Counted from the first letter of the stretch, positions 39,147-49,550 are shown. The stretch: DNA of 64,000 nucleotides from Limisphaerales bacterium (GCA_044226545.1 JBGAGW010000007.1:557-64556), one strand, 5' to 3'. The notes: a model not told the origin generated them from the letters alone. Numbers and translations: made by a program.

Positions 39147-40826
39147 ATGAATCGATTTGCCTTGCTGCTTCCCGTTCTTGTCCTCGCGCCTGCTTCACTA
39201 CGAGCAGATGATTCCCCGAACCTGGAAGTGGTCCATCGTATAAAGACGGAGGCGTTCGAAAATTCCCACGTCATGGACCATTTGTTTCATCTTACCGACG
39301 TGAATGGCCCGCGGCTCACCGGTTCACCCGGTTTTGCGAGTGCCGCGAAATGGGTTGTTGGCGAATTGGAAAAAATGGGCGCGACGCACCCGCGCGAAGA
39401 GAAGTGGGGCACTTTCGGACGTGGATGGTCTTTTTCAAATTTTTCGATTCAGATGCGAAAGCCAGTGTACGCGCCGCTGCACGGAACACCGATGGCCTGG
39501 TGTGACGGCACAAAAGAGCCGGTCCGCGGCCTCATCGTGCCCACCACTCTTTTGCACGAAGATGAGACCAGACGGAACGTCGACATCGCGAAGATCCGTG
39601 AACGCATCGACGAATATCAGAAAGATTGGAAGGGAAAATTGCGCGGGAAAATCGTCCTGTTGGGACGCGAGCGGGACTTCTCTCAACCAACGCAAGCGGA
39701 CAGCAAACGATCGGACGACAAGGAGCTTTCCACCTTCACAGAGCAACCGCCACTCGAACCTGGACCGAAGCCGGACTGGATCCCCGATAAACTGCCACGG
39801 GACTCGAAGAAGCGCGCGTCGATGTTGCGTAATCTACCGCTCGAAATGATGGCTGATTACTGGGAGCGGCGGGAGAAAGCCATGAATGCGCTCAACGGTT
39901 TCTTTCGCGAAGAAGGAGTGGCCGCTGTCTTCAAGAACGATTCGCGCGGCACAGGTGGCATTGTGTTCTCCGAAGCTGCAGGATCATTTAAGGCTGGCGA
40001 ATCGGTCGCCCCTCCCACAGTTGCTCTTGTGCCTGAGCATTTTAATCGACTCTGGCGTCTCGCCGAAAAGGAGATTCCGGTCGAAGTCGAATTGAACCTT
40101 GCTGTTTCTTTTACTGATTCTCCCGAAGTCGTGAACGTCATCGCCGAGATTCCAGGCGATAAGCGCAAAGATGAGATCGTCATGCTCGGTGCGCACCTTG
40201 ATTCGTGGCACGCAGGAACAGGTGCAACGGATAATGCGGCAGGCTCAGCCGTCGTTCTCGAAGCGTTTCGGATTTTGAAAACGCTCGAGCTCAAAATGGA
40301 TCGCACCGTCCGGCTCGCGCTCTGGAGCGGAGAGGAACAAGGCCTCTACGGTTCGCGAGCTTATGTCCGCGAACACTTTGCCGATCCTGCTGACATGAAC
40401 TTAAAACCCGAACACGCCCAACTTGCGGCCTACTTTAATCTCGACAATGGCTCCGGCAAAATTCGCGGCATTCATCTGCAAGGAAATGACATGGCGCGCC
40501 CCATTTTTGAAGCCTGGTTCAGACCATTCAAAGATCTTGGCGCCAGCACGATTACGATTCGTGACACGGGCGGCACGGACCATCTTTCATTCGATCAGGT
40601 TGGTCTTCCTGGATTCCAGTTCATTCAGGATCCGTTGGATTACGGGAGCCGCACACATCATTCTGAACTGGATGTTTACGATCACGCCGAGCCGGGCGAT
40701 CTGATGCAAGCCTCTGCGATCATGGCCTCATTCGTCTACAATGCTGCGACTCGCGATGCATCTTTTCCACGCAAACCTTTGCCAAAACCCTTGCCGCCGA
40801 AGACGAAGATCACGGCCGCGAAGTAG
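39147..40826 (+). CDS. M28 family metallopeptidase (aminopeptidase-like), secreted
   Basis: Signal peptide MNRFALLLPVLVLAPASLRA. GAHLDSWHAGTGATDNAAGSAVVLEAFR and WSGEEQGLYGS are M28 zinc-ligand regions. Confidence 0.8.
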   Translation: MNRFALLLPVLVLAPASLRADDSPNLEVVHRIKTEAFENSHVMDHLFHLTDVNGPRLTGSPGFASAAKWVVGELEKMGATHPREEKWGTFGRGWSFSNFSIQMRKPVYAPLHGTPMAWCDGTKEPVRGLIVPTTLLHEDETRRNVDIAKIRERIDEYQKDWKGKLRGKIVLLGRERDFSQPTQADSKRSDDKELSTFTEQPPLEPGPKPDWIPDKLPRDSKKRASMLRNLPLEMMADYWERREKAMNALNGFFREEGVAAVFKNDSRGTGGIVFSEAAGSFKAGESVAPPTVALVPEHFNRLWRLAEKEIPVEVELNLAVSFTDSPEVVNVIAEIPGDKRKDEIVMLGAHLDSWHAGTGATDNAAGSAVVLEAFRILKTLELKMDRTVRLALWSGEEQGLYGSRAYVREHFADPADMNLKPEHAQLAAYFNLDNGSGKIRGIHLQGNDMARPIFEAWFRPFKDLGASTITIRDTGGTDHLSFDQVGLPGFQFIQDPLDYGSRTHHSELDVYDHAEPGDLMQASAIMASFVYNAATRDASFPRKPLPKPLPPKTKITAAK

Positions 40827-40865
40827 ACCAGGCTGACGGATGAAAAAAAAGGTCCAGCGGCTGGT

Positions 40866-43800
40866 TTGATTGGCGTGAATCTAGCTCAATGTTATACTCA
40901 GTTACTTCGAGTTTTAGTGAACGCTGTTTGCGCGGAATTTTCCAAATCGGGCTTTTGGGTCGGTCTTTTCACCGGCCTTTGTCTTCTTTTTACTGAACCT
41001 CTTCGCGCTCAAGCAGCTAAACGGCAATACCGCGCGGATCGTTTGATCATAATGCCGAAGCAAGGCAATGCCGGCTCAGAGCTGCATTCGATGCATAAGC
41101 GCGGCGGAAGGCGCGTGCTCAACGCGTATCGGCAACTCGGTGACCTCCAAGTGGTCCAACTGGCGCAGGGAGAGACGGTGGAAGAGGCTGCGCGGTGCTA
41201 CATCAGCAGCGGTCTCGTCGCGTTCGCTGAACCCGACTATAAACTTCACGCGGCGGTCGCGCCGAATGACCCGGAGTTTTCCGCAGGCCGACAGTGGTCG
41301 CTGAGGAATATTGCCGCGCCGGGCCACGATATTGGTGCCGGTGTCGGTTGGGACACTTTGCACGACGCGGGTAATGTGATCGTCGCCATCGTCGATTCTG
41401 GAATTCGTTACACCCATGACGATTTGGCGGCTAATGTTTGGACCAACCCGAAGGAAACGGCAGACAATAATCTGGATGACGACGGCAACGGAGTGGTCGA
41501 TGACGTTCATGGCTTCAATGCCATTGATAATTCAGGAAATGTGATGGACGACTTTGGTCACGGGACGCACGTGTCGGGAATTATCGGGGCGGTGGGCAAC
41601 AACGGGATCGGGATCAGCGGTGTCGCCTGGAAGGTCCAGTTGATGGCCTGCAAATTCCTGGATAACACCGGCGATGGGGACACCTCCGACGCAATCCGTT
41701 GCATCGACTATGCGCGAAAAAACGGCGCTCAGATCATTAATGCCAGTTGGGGTGGCTCTGAATACTCCGCGGCCCTTTACACCGCTATCGCGAACGCCCG
41801 GGCAGCCGGGATCATCTTCGTCACTGCAGCCGGGAATGGAGGCGGAACTGATTCAGAGAACATTGACAACGTTCCGCTCTATCCTGCTTGTTACAATTTG
41901 GACAACATTGTGGTGGTCACAGGCACGACCAGTTCCGATACGCTCGATGTCTCATACGCGAGCTATGGCGCGATGAACGTCGACCTGGCCGCACCCGGCA
42001 CTGGAATTCTTTCCACCTGGAACGGTTGGGACGGAGACTATCATACTTCAAGCGGCACATCGATGGCTGCTCCTCACGTGGCCGGCGCTCTGGCGTTGAT
42101 GAAGGCGCGATTCACGATGTTAAACTCCAGCCAGATTATCTCGCGCCTGCTCGCCACCGTGGACGTCTTTCCTGCGCTCGCAGGCAAGTGCAAAACGGGA
42201 GGACGCTTGAATCTGAGTCGTGCGTTGGGCTCTGATCCCACCGCGAATTTCTCGGCTTCACAATTAACTGGAGAGCCGCCGTTGGCTGTCACTTTTACAA
42301 ATCTGACCCTGGGCGCCACCAGAAGTGTTTTGTGGGAATTTGGCGACGGAACACCGGCCTCGACCAACAACGATCCCACTCACGTGTTTGCGGCACCTGG
42401 CCGTTTCAACGTGCGCCTCACTGTAATCGGAACAAATGGCCGGACAAACAGCCTCGACCAGACGATTCAAGTCACCGCCAATTACGATATCGTCCCGGCG
42501 CCCTATTCCTGGAACGAAGCGACCGGTTTGGCGCCGCTCGGCCTCGCAGATAACGGAGTGACTCAACCGTTGCGATTGCCTTTTGTCTTCAGATATTACG
42601 AGCAGAATTACGGGACTGTTTACGTCGGAGCGAATGGCATCATCGGCTTTGCCGCTGCAGGATTGGATACGACCGACAACGCCGCTCTGCCCTCTGCGAC
42701 TTTGCCGAACGGCATCATCTGTCCGTATTGGGATAATTTGAATCCGGCTGCTGGAGGCAATATATACGCCGGGTCTATCGGTGAGAGTCCCAACCGAAAA
42801 TTTGTCGTTTCATGGGTGAATGTCCCTCGCAATTCCACCACCGTCGCGCTGACTTTCCAGGCTGTTTTAGAAGAAGGAAGCAGCGAAATCGTTTTCCAGT
42901 ACCAGGATACTCAACCGACGACCAGTCGCGGCGGGGCCAAACGCGCGACCGTCGGCATTGAGGATGTGGGTGGAACCGCGGCTACACAGTATACTTACAA
43001 TGGCGTGCCGCACGTGCTGACCAATCAAATGGCTTTGCGGGTAAAGCCGAAATCGTATCGTTATCTCGTTTTGGGGACCTCGCCCGTGTACCTCAAAACG
43101 CCGTTTGGATACCCGGTGACCAACTCAGTTGCATCCGTCCACATCAGCAACCCGGGAACGCTCTCTTTGGATTGGACCCTGAGCTCCACGGAGCCTTGGA
43201 TCAAGCTTTCCCAAGACGGCGGTACGCTGGCGCCGGGAGAAAATGCCGACATTCCGATTACTCTTTCGGACGCGGCGAGAGCATTTGCGGTCGGCCAATA
43301 CACAGGCAGTCTCACTCTCAGAAACGTGACGGACGGCAAAGGTGATTCCACGATTCCCGTCGAACTCACGGTTGAACAACCGAGAGCTGTGCTCGAGTTC
43401 GGAGATCTGGGCGCGTTGAGCTTCGTCGGTGGATTGGGCGGTCCGTTCAATCCGTCGAACCTCGTCTTCGAGTTGATCAATACAGGGAATATTTCCCTCA
43501 ATTGGACTGCTTCGGCCAACGTTCCGTGGGTTTTGATCAAACCTTCTCTGAGCGTGATCTCGCCCGGCGCGTCTCAGAACGTGACCATCACTCTGACCGA
43601 CGCGGTCGAAACGTTTCCGAGCGGGACAAATACGGCCGTTCTTCGCTTTGAGAATAAAACGGAGAGCAGCAGCACGCTCACGCAGGCGATCGAGGTAAAG
43701 GTTCGCACTCATGTTGAACCGACCGCCATTGTCACCGCCGACGGCATATTTACCGCCACTCTTACCGCACCGCAGCAGGGCAACTATGAGGTCGAGTATT

Positions 43801-43922
43801 CCTACGATCTTGAAACCTGGTTTGACTTGGGAGTCGTGCCCGAGGTCAACGGGATGACCGTAAAGTTCGACGATGTCGTCAACGTGGGCGACCGACGTTT
43901 TTATCGGCTGCGCGTTGAATGA
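40866..43922 (+). CDS. S8 family subtilisin-like serine peptidase with I9 propeptide, PKD domain, further beta-sandwich regions and a C-terminal RFYRL module
   Basis: Catalytic triad contexts VAIVDSGI (Asp), HGTHVSGIIG (His) and SGTSMAAPHVAG (Ser). PKD segment PLAVTFTNL...WEFGDGT...HVFAAPGRFNVRLTV. It ends YEVEYSYDLETW...RRFYRLRVE. The start is uncertain: TTG 40866 or GTG 40917, and the latter gives a cleaner signal peptide. Confidence 0.9.
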   Translation: MIGVNLAQCYTQLLRVLVNAVCAEFSKSGFWVGLFTGLCLLFTEPLRAQAAKRQYRADRLIIMPKQGNAGSELHSMHKRGGRRVLNAYRQLGDLQVVQLAQGETVEEAARCYISSGLVAFAEPDYKLHAAVAPNDPEFSAGRQWSLRNIAAPGHDIGAGVGWDTLHDAGNVIVAIVDSGIRYTHDDLAANVWTNPKETADNNLDDDGNGVVDDVHGFNAIDNSGNVMDDFGHGTHVSGIIGAVGNNGIGISGVAWKVQLMACKFLDNTGDGDTSDAIRCIDYARKNGAQIINASWGGSEYSAALYTAIANARAAGIIFVTAAGNGGGTDSENIDNVPLYPACYNLDNIVVVTGTTSSDTLDVSYASYGAMNVDLAAPGTGILSTWNGWDGDYHTSSGTSMAAPHVAGALALMKARFTMLNSSQIISRLLATVDVFPALAGKCKTGGRLNLSRALGSDPTANFSASQLTGEPPLAVTFTNLTLGATRSVLWEFGDGTPASTNNDPTHVFAAPGRFNVRLTVIGTNGRTNSLDQTIQVTANYDIVPAPYSWNEATGLAPLGLADNGVTQPLRLPFVFRYYEQNYGTVYVGANGIIGFAAAGLDTTDNAALPSATLPNGIICPYWDNLNPAAGGNIYAGSIGESPNRKFVVSWVNVPRNSTTVALTFQAVLEEGSSEIVFQYQDTQPTTSRGGAKRATVGIEDVGGTAATQYTYNGVPHVLTNQMALRVKPKSYRYLVLGTSPVYLKTPFGYPVTNSVASVHISNPGTLSLDWTLSSTEPWIKLSQDGGTLAPGENADIPITLSDAARAFAVGQYTGSLTLRNVTDGKGDSTIPVELTVEQPRAVLEFGDLGALSFVGGLGGPFNPSNLVFELINTGNISLNWTASANVPWVLIKPSLSVISPGASQNVTITLTDAVETFPSGTNTAVLRFENKTESSSTLTQAIEVKVRTHVEPTAIVTADGIFTATLTAPQQGNYEVEYSYDLETWFDLGVVPEVNGMTVKFDDVVNVGDRRFYRLRVE

Positions 43923-44488
43923 AGGACACCCCAGCGCCGCAAGGTTTCTGAAAGTTTCTCTACTGGCAACCCGATCACGTTGCTGAGCGAACCCGAGATC
44001 TTTTCGACCAACAATTCGCCCCGATGCTGAATGCCGTACGCTCCCGCTTTGTCGAGGACTGGAACCGCGTCAAGATAAGCGCGAATGGTCGCTTCATCGA
44101 GCGTTTTGAACGTCACGAGCGTTTCCTCTGTGAAAACTTCGCGGCGGTTTTCTGCGACGTGAAACAAAGCCACGCCCGTAATGACCTGGTGCGTTTTGCC
44201 TGAGAGTTGTGAAAGCATATCGAAGGCTTCAGCCAGATCAGCCGGTTTTCCAAACAGCGCCCCTTGTCGCGTGACCAGCGTATCCGCTCCGAGAACGATC
44301 CGGCTTGGATTTTTCACCGCGACTTCCTCGCCTTTCCGCATGGCGTTCAACTCGCAGAGCTTCGCTGCTCCGACTGCCATATCATGCAGCTCTTCGGCAC
44401 CGCTGGGGATTACATCAAAATCGACACCGATCGAGCGGAGCAAATCGACGCGGCGCGGGGAGGCTGAGGCAAGGATAAGACGGTCCAT
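43901..44488 (-). CDS. maf: Maf-like nucleoside triphosphate pyrophosphatase
   Basis: MDRLILASASPRRVDLL, GADTLV and AGAYGIQ motifs. ATG 44486-44488 is chosen. The 3' end overlaps the S8 peptidase gene by 22 nt. Confidence 0.9.
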   Translation of the reverse strand: MDRLILASASPRRVDLLRSIGVDFDVIPSGAEELHDMAVGAAKLCELNAMRKGEEVAVKNPSRIVLGADTLVTRQGALFGKPADLAEAFDMLSQLSGKTHQVITGVALFHVAENRREVFTEETLVTFKTLDEATIRAYLDAVPVLDKAGAYGIQHRGELLVEKISGSLSNVIGLPVEKLSETLRRWGVLHSTRSR

Positions 44489-44490
44489 AA

Positions 44491-45591
44491 TTACTCGGAA
44501 AGAGTCGCTTTGATCGGACCGAAAATGCAGACCTCGAAAGGGGCATAGGTTTTTCGCACCCAATCGTCGTTCACGGTGAATTCGCCGGAATCACACGAGG
44601 TGTCGAAAGTAATCTCCTCGTTAAACGGAAGCCGGAAGCTGAAATCGGTGGGTGACGCCGAACTATTCACCGCTACGAGATAATATCCCGGCCGCACTGC
44701 GCCGTCCTGTTCTTTGACATGATAAAGGCTTACGAGCACGCGCGCTTCCATGATCTCATTGTGCATTTCGCCGTGTGATTCGGTATCCGACGGCCACCAC
44801 AAAACGCGATGGGCAAAGATGGGCGCATTCAGCCGCACATCTCTGACCAAATCAGTCAATGCATTCCACACCTCGGGATGTTCGCGAATGTTCCATCGAT
44901 TACTCTGGTAGGTGTAGAATAAAAGGCCCGAGGCGCCCTGGGTGAGCGCGAGATAGGTCATGCAGCGCATCTCTTCGGCCGTCGGCGGACGCAAAGGCGT
45001 GTTCGTGCGCAGAAGTTCAGACGAACTCTTCCAGTCAAAGGCCTGAAGGATCGCGTAAAACGGACGTCCGCGTGAAGCCAGTCGCGCCAGGCGCATTTCG
45101 CGAGCGACCGTTGCCACTGGCGCCCAGGGGACAGGATACCAGTCGACACCGACGAAATCGGCGCTGTCCCGATACTTTTCGACCGAATTGCCGGACATAA
45201 GCACGACCATGGTTGGTTTATGACTCAGGCGATGCATTCGCGCGTTTAGGCTCGCAACAGCCGACGGCGAAGCGCGATTCAGGTCCGGTTCGTCGAAGAG
45301 GTACCACGCTTTAAGCGATGAGTGATCGCGGACGGACTCGATTCGAGCGCGATCATCCGCGTAAACACTCGCGATGACATTCAGGCCATGGGTTTTGGCG
45401 GCTTGCAACGACTCCAGCGAAGCGGGCGCAACAACCGTGTCGAAACCGACGGCGGCAATCGTCGGGAAATGTTCCGGAGGAACATCATAAAGTCCGATCG
45501 GGAACTGCCGCGGGCGGGCGGCGCAGCCCGTCCAAAGTGTGGCGATGGCGGCGAACAGGCACAGCCCCAGTTGCCCCGAATTGAAATTCAC
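44491..45591 (-). CDS. Lipoprotein, putative glycoside-hydrolase-like TIM-barrel protein
   Basis: Lipobox LWTGC. AWYLFDEPD resembles the clan GH-A WxxxNEP acid/base strand with Asp in place of Asn. The functional call is weak. It is packed between ugd (9 nt) and maf (2 nt). Confidence 0.4.
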   Translation of the reverse strand: MNFNSGQLGLCLFAAIATLWTGCAARPRQFPIGLYDVPPEHFPTIAAVGFDTVVAPASLESLQAAKTHGLNVIASVYADDRARIESVRDHSSLKAWYLFDEPDLNRASPSAVASLNARMHRLSHKPTMVVLMSGNSVEKYRDSADFVGVDWYPVPWAPVATVAREMRLARLASRGRPFYAILQAFDWKSSSELLRTNTPLRPPTAEEMRCMTYLALTQGASGLLFYTYQSNRWNIREHPEVWNALTDLVRDVRLNAPIFAHRVLWWPSDTESHGEMHNEIMEARVLVSLYHVKEQDGAVRPGYYLVAVNSSASPTDFSFRLPFNEEITFDTSCDSGEFTVNDDWVRKTYAPFEVCIFGPIKATLSE

Positions 45592-45600
45592 GGAAGCGAT

Positions 45601-46893
45601 TTAACGGCCAATGCTCTTGTAAATCCAGCCTAACGACTCCATCTCTTTCGGGTCGAAAAGGTTTCGGCCATCGAACATGATCGGGCAGATCATCACCTTG
45701 CGGGCGCGCTCGAGATCGAGCTTGCGAAAGACAGGCCATTCAGTGGCGACCACGAGCGCATCGCAGCCATCCGGAACGAGGTTCATGTCGTCGACATAGG
45801 TTGCGTTCGGTAGGACCGCCTTCGCCTTTTCCATCGCTTTGGGATCAAATACGCGCAGTCTCGCGCCCTCTTTTTCCAGGCGCTGGCAGACTTCAATTGC
45901 GGGGGACATGCGAACGTCGTCGGTGTTTTGCTTAAAGGCTAAGCCCAGCACGCCGATGGTCTTGTCCTTTAACACCCAGAGTGTCTCTTTGATCTTTTTG
46001 ATGAAGCGATCCATCTGCGCGGTGTTGATTTTCTGGACCTCTTTCAGCAGACCGAAATCGTAACCGAGCTGTTCGGAAATCTTGATAAAAGCGCTGAGAT
46101 CTTTGGGAAAGCAACTGCCCCCAAAGCCGAGCGACGCGTCGAGAAAGCGGCGGCCGATTCGTTCATCCATGCCCATGCCGGAGGCGACTTCCTGGACGTT
46201 CGCGCCAGTGGCTTCGCAGATGACCGAAATCGCGTTGATATAGGAAATCTTCAGCGCGAGGAAAGAATTCGCAGCGTGTTTGATCAGTTCGGCAGAATTG
46301 ATATCTGTGACCAAAATGGGCGCTTCGAACGGAGCGTAAACCTCCTTCATCGCCTGGACTGAACGTTGCGACGGCACGCCGATAACAATACGATCCGGCT
46401 TCATCAAGTCGTCGACCGCAAAACCTTCGCGGAGGAACTCTGGATTACTTACGACGTCGAATTCGACTTTCGCCTTGCAATAGCGCGAAATTGTTTCCGC
46501 CACCTTCTGGCCGGTCTTTACCGGAACGGTGCTTTTATCGACAATGATTTTGTAAGAGGACATCGCGCCGGCGATTTCGCGGGCGACCCGCTCGATGAAT
46601 GTCAGGTCAACAGAACCGTCCGGTTGCGGAGGGGTCGGCACCGCGATGAAGATGATATCTGAATTGGACACACCTTCTTCGGTGGAGGTCGTGAAGGAAA
46701 GACGGCCGGCTGCGGTGTTCGTTTTAACAAGATCTTCGAGCCCCGGTTCGTAGATGGGTATTCCGCCGCTGCGCAGCAAATCGACCTTGGCCTGGTCGCA
46801 ATCGACGCAAATTACCCGGTGGCCGACCTCGGCGAAGCACGCCCCAGTGACAAGGCCAACGTAACCAGTTCCGATAATGGTGATTTTACTCAT
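45601..46893 (-). CDS. ugd: UDP-glucose 6-dehydrogenase
   Basis: MSKITIIGTGYVGLVTGACFAEVGH Rossmann N-terminus, the catalytic-Cys context GFGGSCFPKD, and 430 aa. Confidence 0.95.
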   Translation of the reverse strand: MSKITIIGTGYVGLVTGACFAEVGHRVICVDCDQAKVDLLRSGGIPIYEPGLEDLVKTNTAAGRLSFTTSTEEGVSNSDIIFIAVPTPPQPDGSVDLTFIERVAREIAGAMSSYKIIVDKSTVPVKTGQKVAETISRYCKAKVEFDVVSNPEFLREGFAVDDLMKPDRIVIGVPSQRSVQAMKEVYAPFEAPILVTDINSAELIKHAANSFLALKISYINAISVICEATGANVQEVASGMGMDERIGRRFLDASLGFGGSCFPKDLSAFIKISEQLGYDFGLLKEVQKINTAQMDRFIKKIKETLWVLKDKTIGVLGLAFKQNTDDVRMSPAIEVCQRLEKEGARLRVFDPKAMEKAKAVLPNATYVDDMNLVPDGCDALVVATEWPVFRKLDLERARKVMICPIMFDGRNLFDPKEMESLGWIYKSIGR

Positions 46894-47096
46894 CCGTCCT
46901 TGCGCGCGTTATACAGTGATTGGCTGGGAAACTCCAGTCTTGATAGGAAAATTATCCACCGTTCACCGTTGGTCGAAGCCTCTGCGTCTCGCGGGGCAAA
47001 GCGGGCTAACTTTTACACCGGGTTCGTTGGAGATCACACCATCCGACCAGTCTGTGTATAGTTTGCGCTTGATACATAGTTGTGTAAAATACGTAA

Positions 47097-47348
47097 ATGA
47101 AACCGCGCAGGGTTACAAGCACGGCAGCAGTTCGGAATTTTGGCGATCTACTTTCGGAAGTTAAGCACGGGAGGAAGGAATTCGTCATTACGCGGGGGGG
47201 CGAATCGGTGGCGCGAGTCATTCCCTCCGAATCACAGACGCTATCTTTACGGGAGTTCGCCGAGTTTTGGAGGACGGAGAATTGCGATGCAGGATTTGCC
47301 GACGATCTCGAAAAAGTCCAGATGTCTGATAAGCCTGTGGAACTCTGA
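47097..47348 (+). CDS. Type II antitoxin, Phd/YefM-like (VapB position)
   Basis: AVRNFGDLLSEVKHGRKEFVITRGGESVARVIPSE is the Phd/YefM-type N-terminal fold pattern. 83 aa. Its stop overlaps the downstream PIN toxin start by 1 nt. Confidence 0.75.
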   Translation: MKPRRVTSTAAVRNFGDLLSEVKHGRKEFVITRGGESVARVIPSESQTLSLREFAEFWRTENCDAGFADDLEKVQMSDKPVEL

Positions 47349-47764
47349 TGGGCTTCCTGGTCGATACTTCGGCAATCATCGAGTTGGAGAGAGGCTCGGC
47401 CGATGTACGCCAGTTGGCAAGCGGTGCCGGGAGCGAGCCTGTGCATCTCTCGGCAATTGGCTGGGCGGAGTTGCTGGCGGGCGTTCATCTGGCAGACACG
47501 CCGCAACGAGCACTGGCGCGAAGGAAAAAGTTGGAAGCATTAAAAGCGCAAATGAATGTGCTTCCATTCACCTCCGAGATCGCGGAGGTATGGGCCGAGG
47601 CGTTCGCCGAACTACAACGGGGTGGAATTCCTATTCCGGCCAATGATCTCGCCATCGCCGCGACAGCACTTCATCACAGGCTTACTCTGCTGGTGGGGAG
47701 AAAAGATGAAGCGCACTTTCGAAGAATAAAGGGGCTCAAGGTCGAGCGTTTAGAGGAAAGGTAA
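47348..47764 (+). CDS. vapC: PIN-domain ribonuclease toxin VapC
   Basis: MGFLVDTSAIIELERG contains the first acidic PIN residue. ANDLAIAATAL is the conserved late motif. 138 aa. Confidence 0.85.
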   Translation: MGFLVDTSAIIELERGSADVRQLASGAGSEPVHLSAIGWAELLAGVHLADTPQRALARRKKLEALKAQMNVLPFTSEIAEVWAEAFAELQRGGIPIPANDLAIAATALHHRLTLLVGRKDEAHFRRIKGLKVERLEER

Positions 47765-47880
47765 GGAAGCGAAGGAGTGACATCCTGGCTTCTGGGAGCA
47801 TTGGCACTTGAGCGCACCCGTAACAGGAATTCTAGGCGCTGCAAAAAATAGAAAGGAAGAACGACGGGATGGGTTCGACA

Positions 47881-48384
47881 TCAGGTCACGAGTTTGCTGG
47901 TCATGGTTTCGGCGTGTTTGGTCATTGTGGCTCGGAACTGGTGGAGGCGGTCGCGCAAGGCGGGATCGGTCAGGGCGAGTATTTGGAGGGCAAGTAGAGC
48001 GGCGTTGCGTGCGTTGCCTATGGCGACCGTGGCGACAGGTATGCCCTGAGGCATCTGCACGATTGAGAGCAGGGAGTCGACGCCATTGAGTGTTTTGCTG
48101 ACGATGGGAACGCCGATCACAGGGAGTGTACTCAGGCTGGCGACCATGCCGGGCAAGTGAGCAGCACCGCCCGCGCCCGCGATGATTACCTTTAGTCCAT
48201 TTTTCTCGGCATTCTGGGCGTAATCGAACATTTGGGATGGCATGCGATGAGCGGAGACGACGCGGCTTTCGTGCGGAATCTGAAATTCGGCGCAGGTCTC
48301 GGCAGCAATTTTCATGGTGGGCCAGTCAGACTCGCTGCCCATGATGATTCCGACGAGAGGGGTGGCGGGTGGTGTCTTACTCAT
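47881..48384 (-). CDS. purE: N5-carboxyaminoimidazole ribonucleotide mutase
   Basis: [17 protein letters not shown] and [12 protein letters not shown] motifs. Adjacent to purK. Confidence 0.95.
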   Translation of the reverse strand: MSKTPPATPLVGIIMGSESDWPTMKIAAETCAEFQIPHESRVVSAHRMPSQMFDYAQNAEKNGLKVIIAGAGGAAHLPGMVASLSTLPVIGVPIVSKTLNGVDSLLSIVQMPQGIPVATVAIGNARNAALLALQILALTDPALRDRLHQFRATMTKHAETMTSKLVT

Positions 48385-48395
48385 AAATTCACGTC

Positions 48396-49550
48396 TTAAG
48401 GCGTTTCCTGCGCCGGATGACCAAAGACGATGGATGCGGCAGCGGATTGTGCGGTCTGGAATGCCTGGTCGGCGCTGGAACCGAGGGCGGTGATGTGGCC
48501 CATCTTGCGACCGGGAGCGGCCTGGCGTTTGCCGTAAATGTGAATGTGAGCACCCTCGACAGCGAGCGCGCGGTTGAGACCCGCGGGAGCGCCTGGTCCC
48601 TGACCTGCGCCAAGAAGATTGACCATGACAGCGGCGGGAACGCGCATTCGGGTTGAGCCGAGGGACAAGCCGAGGACTGCGCGCACGTGATTCTCAAATT
48701 GTGAACAATCGCATGCTTCGATGGTGTAATGGCCGGAATTGTGCACGCGTGGGGCGAGTTCGTTGATCAGCAGTTTTCCATCCGGCGTTAGAAACATCTC
48801 GACACCGAAGCAGCCTACGCCACCGACCGCGGTGATCGCGGCGATGGCCAGTTGACTCGCGCGGGCGGACAGATCCGGTGGGACGGCTGCGGGCGCCCGG
48901 ACTGTATGGCAAATGTGATTTCTCTGAACGGTTTCGACGATGGGATAAGCGATGGTGGTGCCGTCCTGGCCTCGAGTGACAATCGTGGCGAGTTCGCGTT
49001 CGAAATGACAAAACGCCTCAGCGCAGAGCAGATTTCCTGAATCGCCCCGAAGTGTTTTCCAGGCAGATTCAAATTCGTCGAGAGAGCGCACGGTGACATT
49101 CCCTTTGCCGTCGTAGCCGTTGAACCGGGCTTTGAGGAGAAACGGGAATCCGACGCGACTCGCAAAGTTTCGTAACTCCTCGACGCTGTTGACGGCCTCG
49201 ACGAGCGGCGTCGGCAGTCCGGCTTTCTGCAACGTTTGTTTTTGTAATAGCTTATCCTGGACGAGAGAAAGGGTCTGACTGGAAGGCCAGACGCGGTGGC
49301 CTTTGGCTTCAACGACCTGTAAGACGCGCGCGGGCACAAATTCGTTTTCGAGCGTCAGGACGTCCACCATGGAGGCGAGTTTCAGGAGCGGTTCGGGCGT
49401 GTTCCAATCCGCGATGAGCGACTCCGCGGCGAGACTGCTGGCGGGAAAGTCTGCCGACCTTTCGAGAATCACCACTTCACAGCCGAGTTGTGACGCTGCT
49501 TGCGCCGTCATTTTGGCCAGTTGACCTCCGCCGATGATTCCGATTCTCAT
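48396..49550 (-). CDS. purK: N5-carboxyaminoimidazole ribonucleotide synthase
   Basis: [15 protein letters not shown]-terminus and an ATP-grasp body ([11 protein letters not shown]). ATG 49548-49550 is chosen. Confidence 0.95.
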   Translation of the reverse strand: MRIGIIGGGQLAKMTAQAASQLGCEVVILERSADFPASSLAAESLIADWNTPEPLLKLASMVDVLTLENEFVPARVLQVVEAKGHRVWPSSQTLSLVQDKLLQKQTLQKAGLPTPLVEAVNSVEELRNFASRVGFPFLLKARFNGYDGKGNVTVRSLDEFESAWKTLRGDSGNLLCAEAFCHFERELATIVTRGQDGTTIAYPIVETVQRNHICHTVRAPAAVPPDLSARASQLAIAAITAVGGVGCFGVEMFLTPDGKLLINELAPRVHNSGHYTIEACDCSQFENHVRAVLGLSLGSTRMRVPAAVMVNLLGAGQGPGAPAGLNRALAVEGAHIHIYGKRQAAPGRKMGHITALGSSADQAFQTAQSAAASIVFGHPAQETP

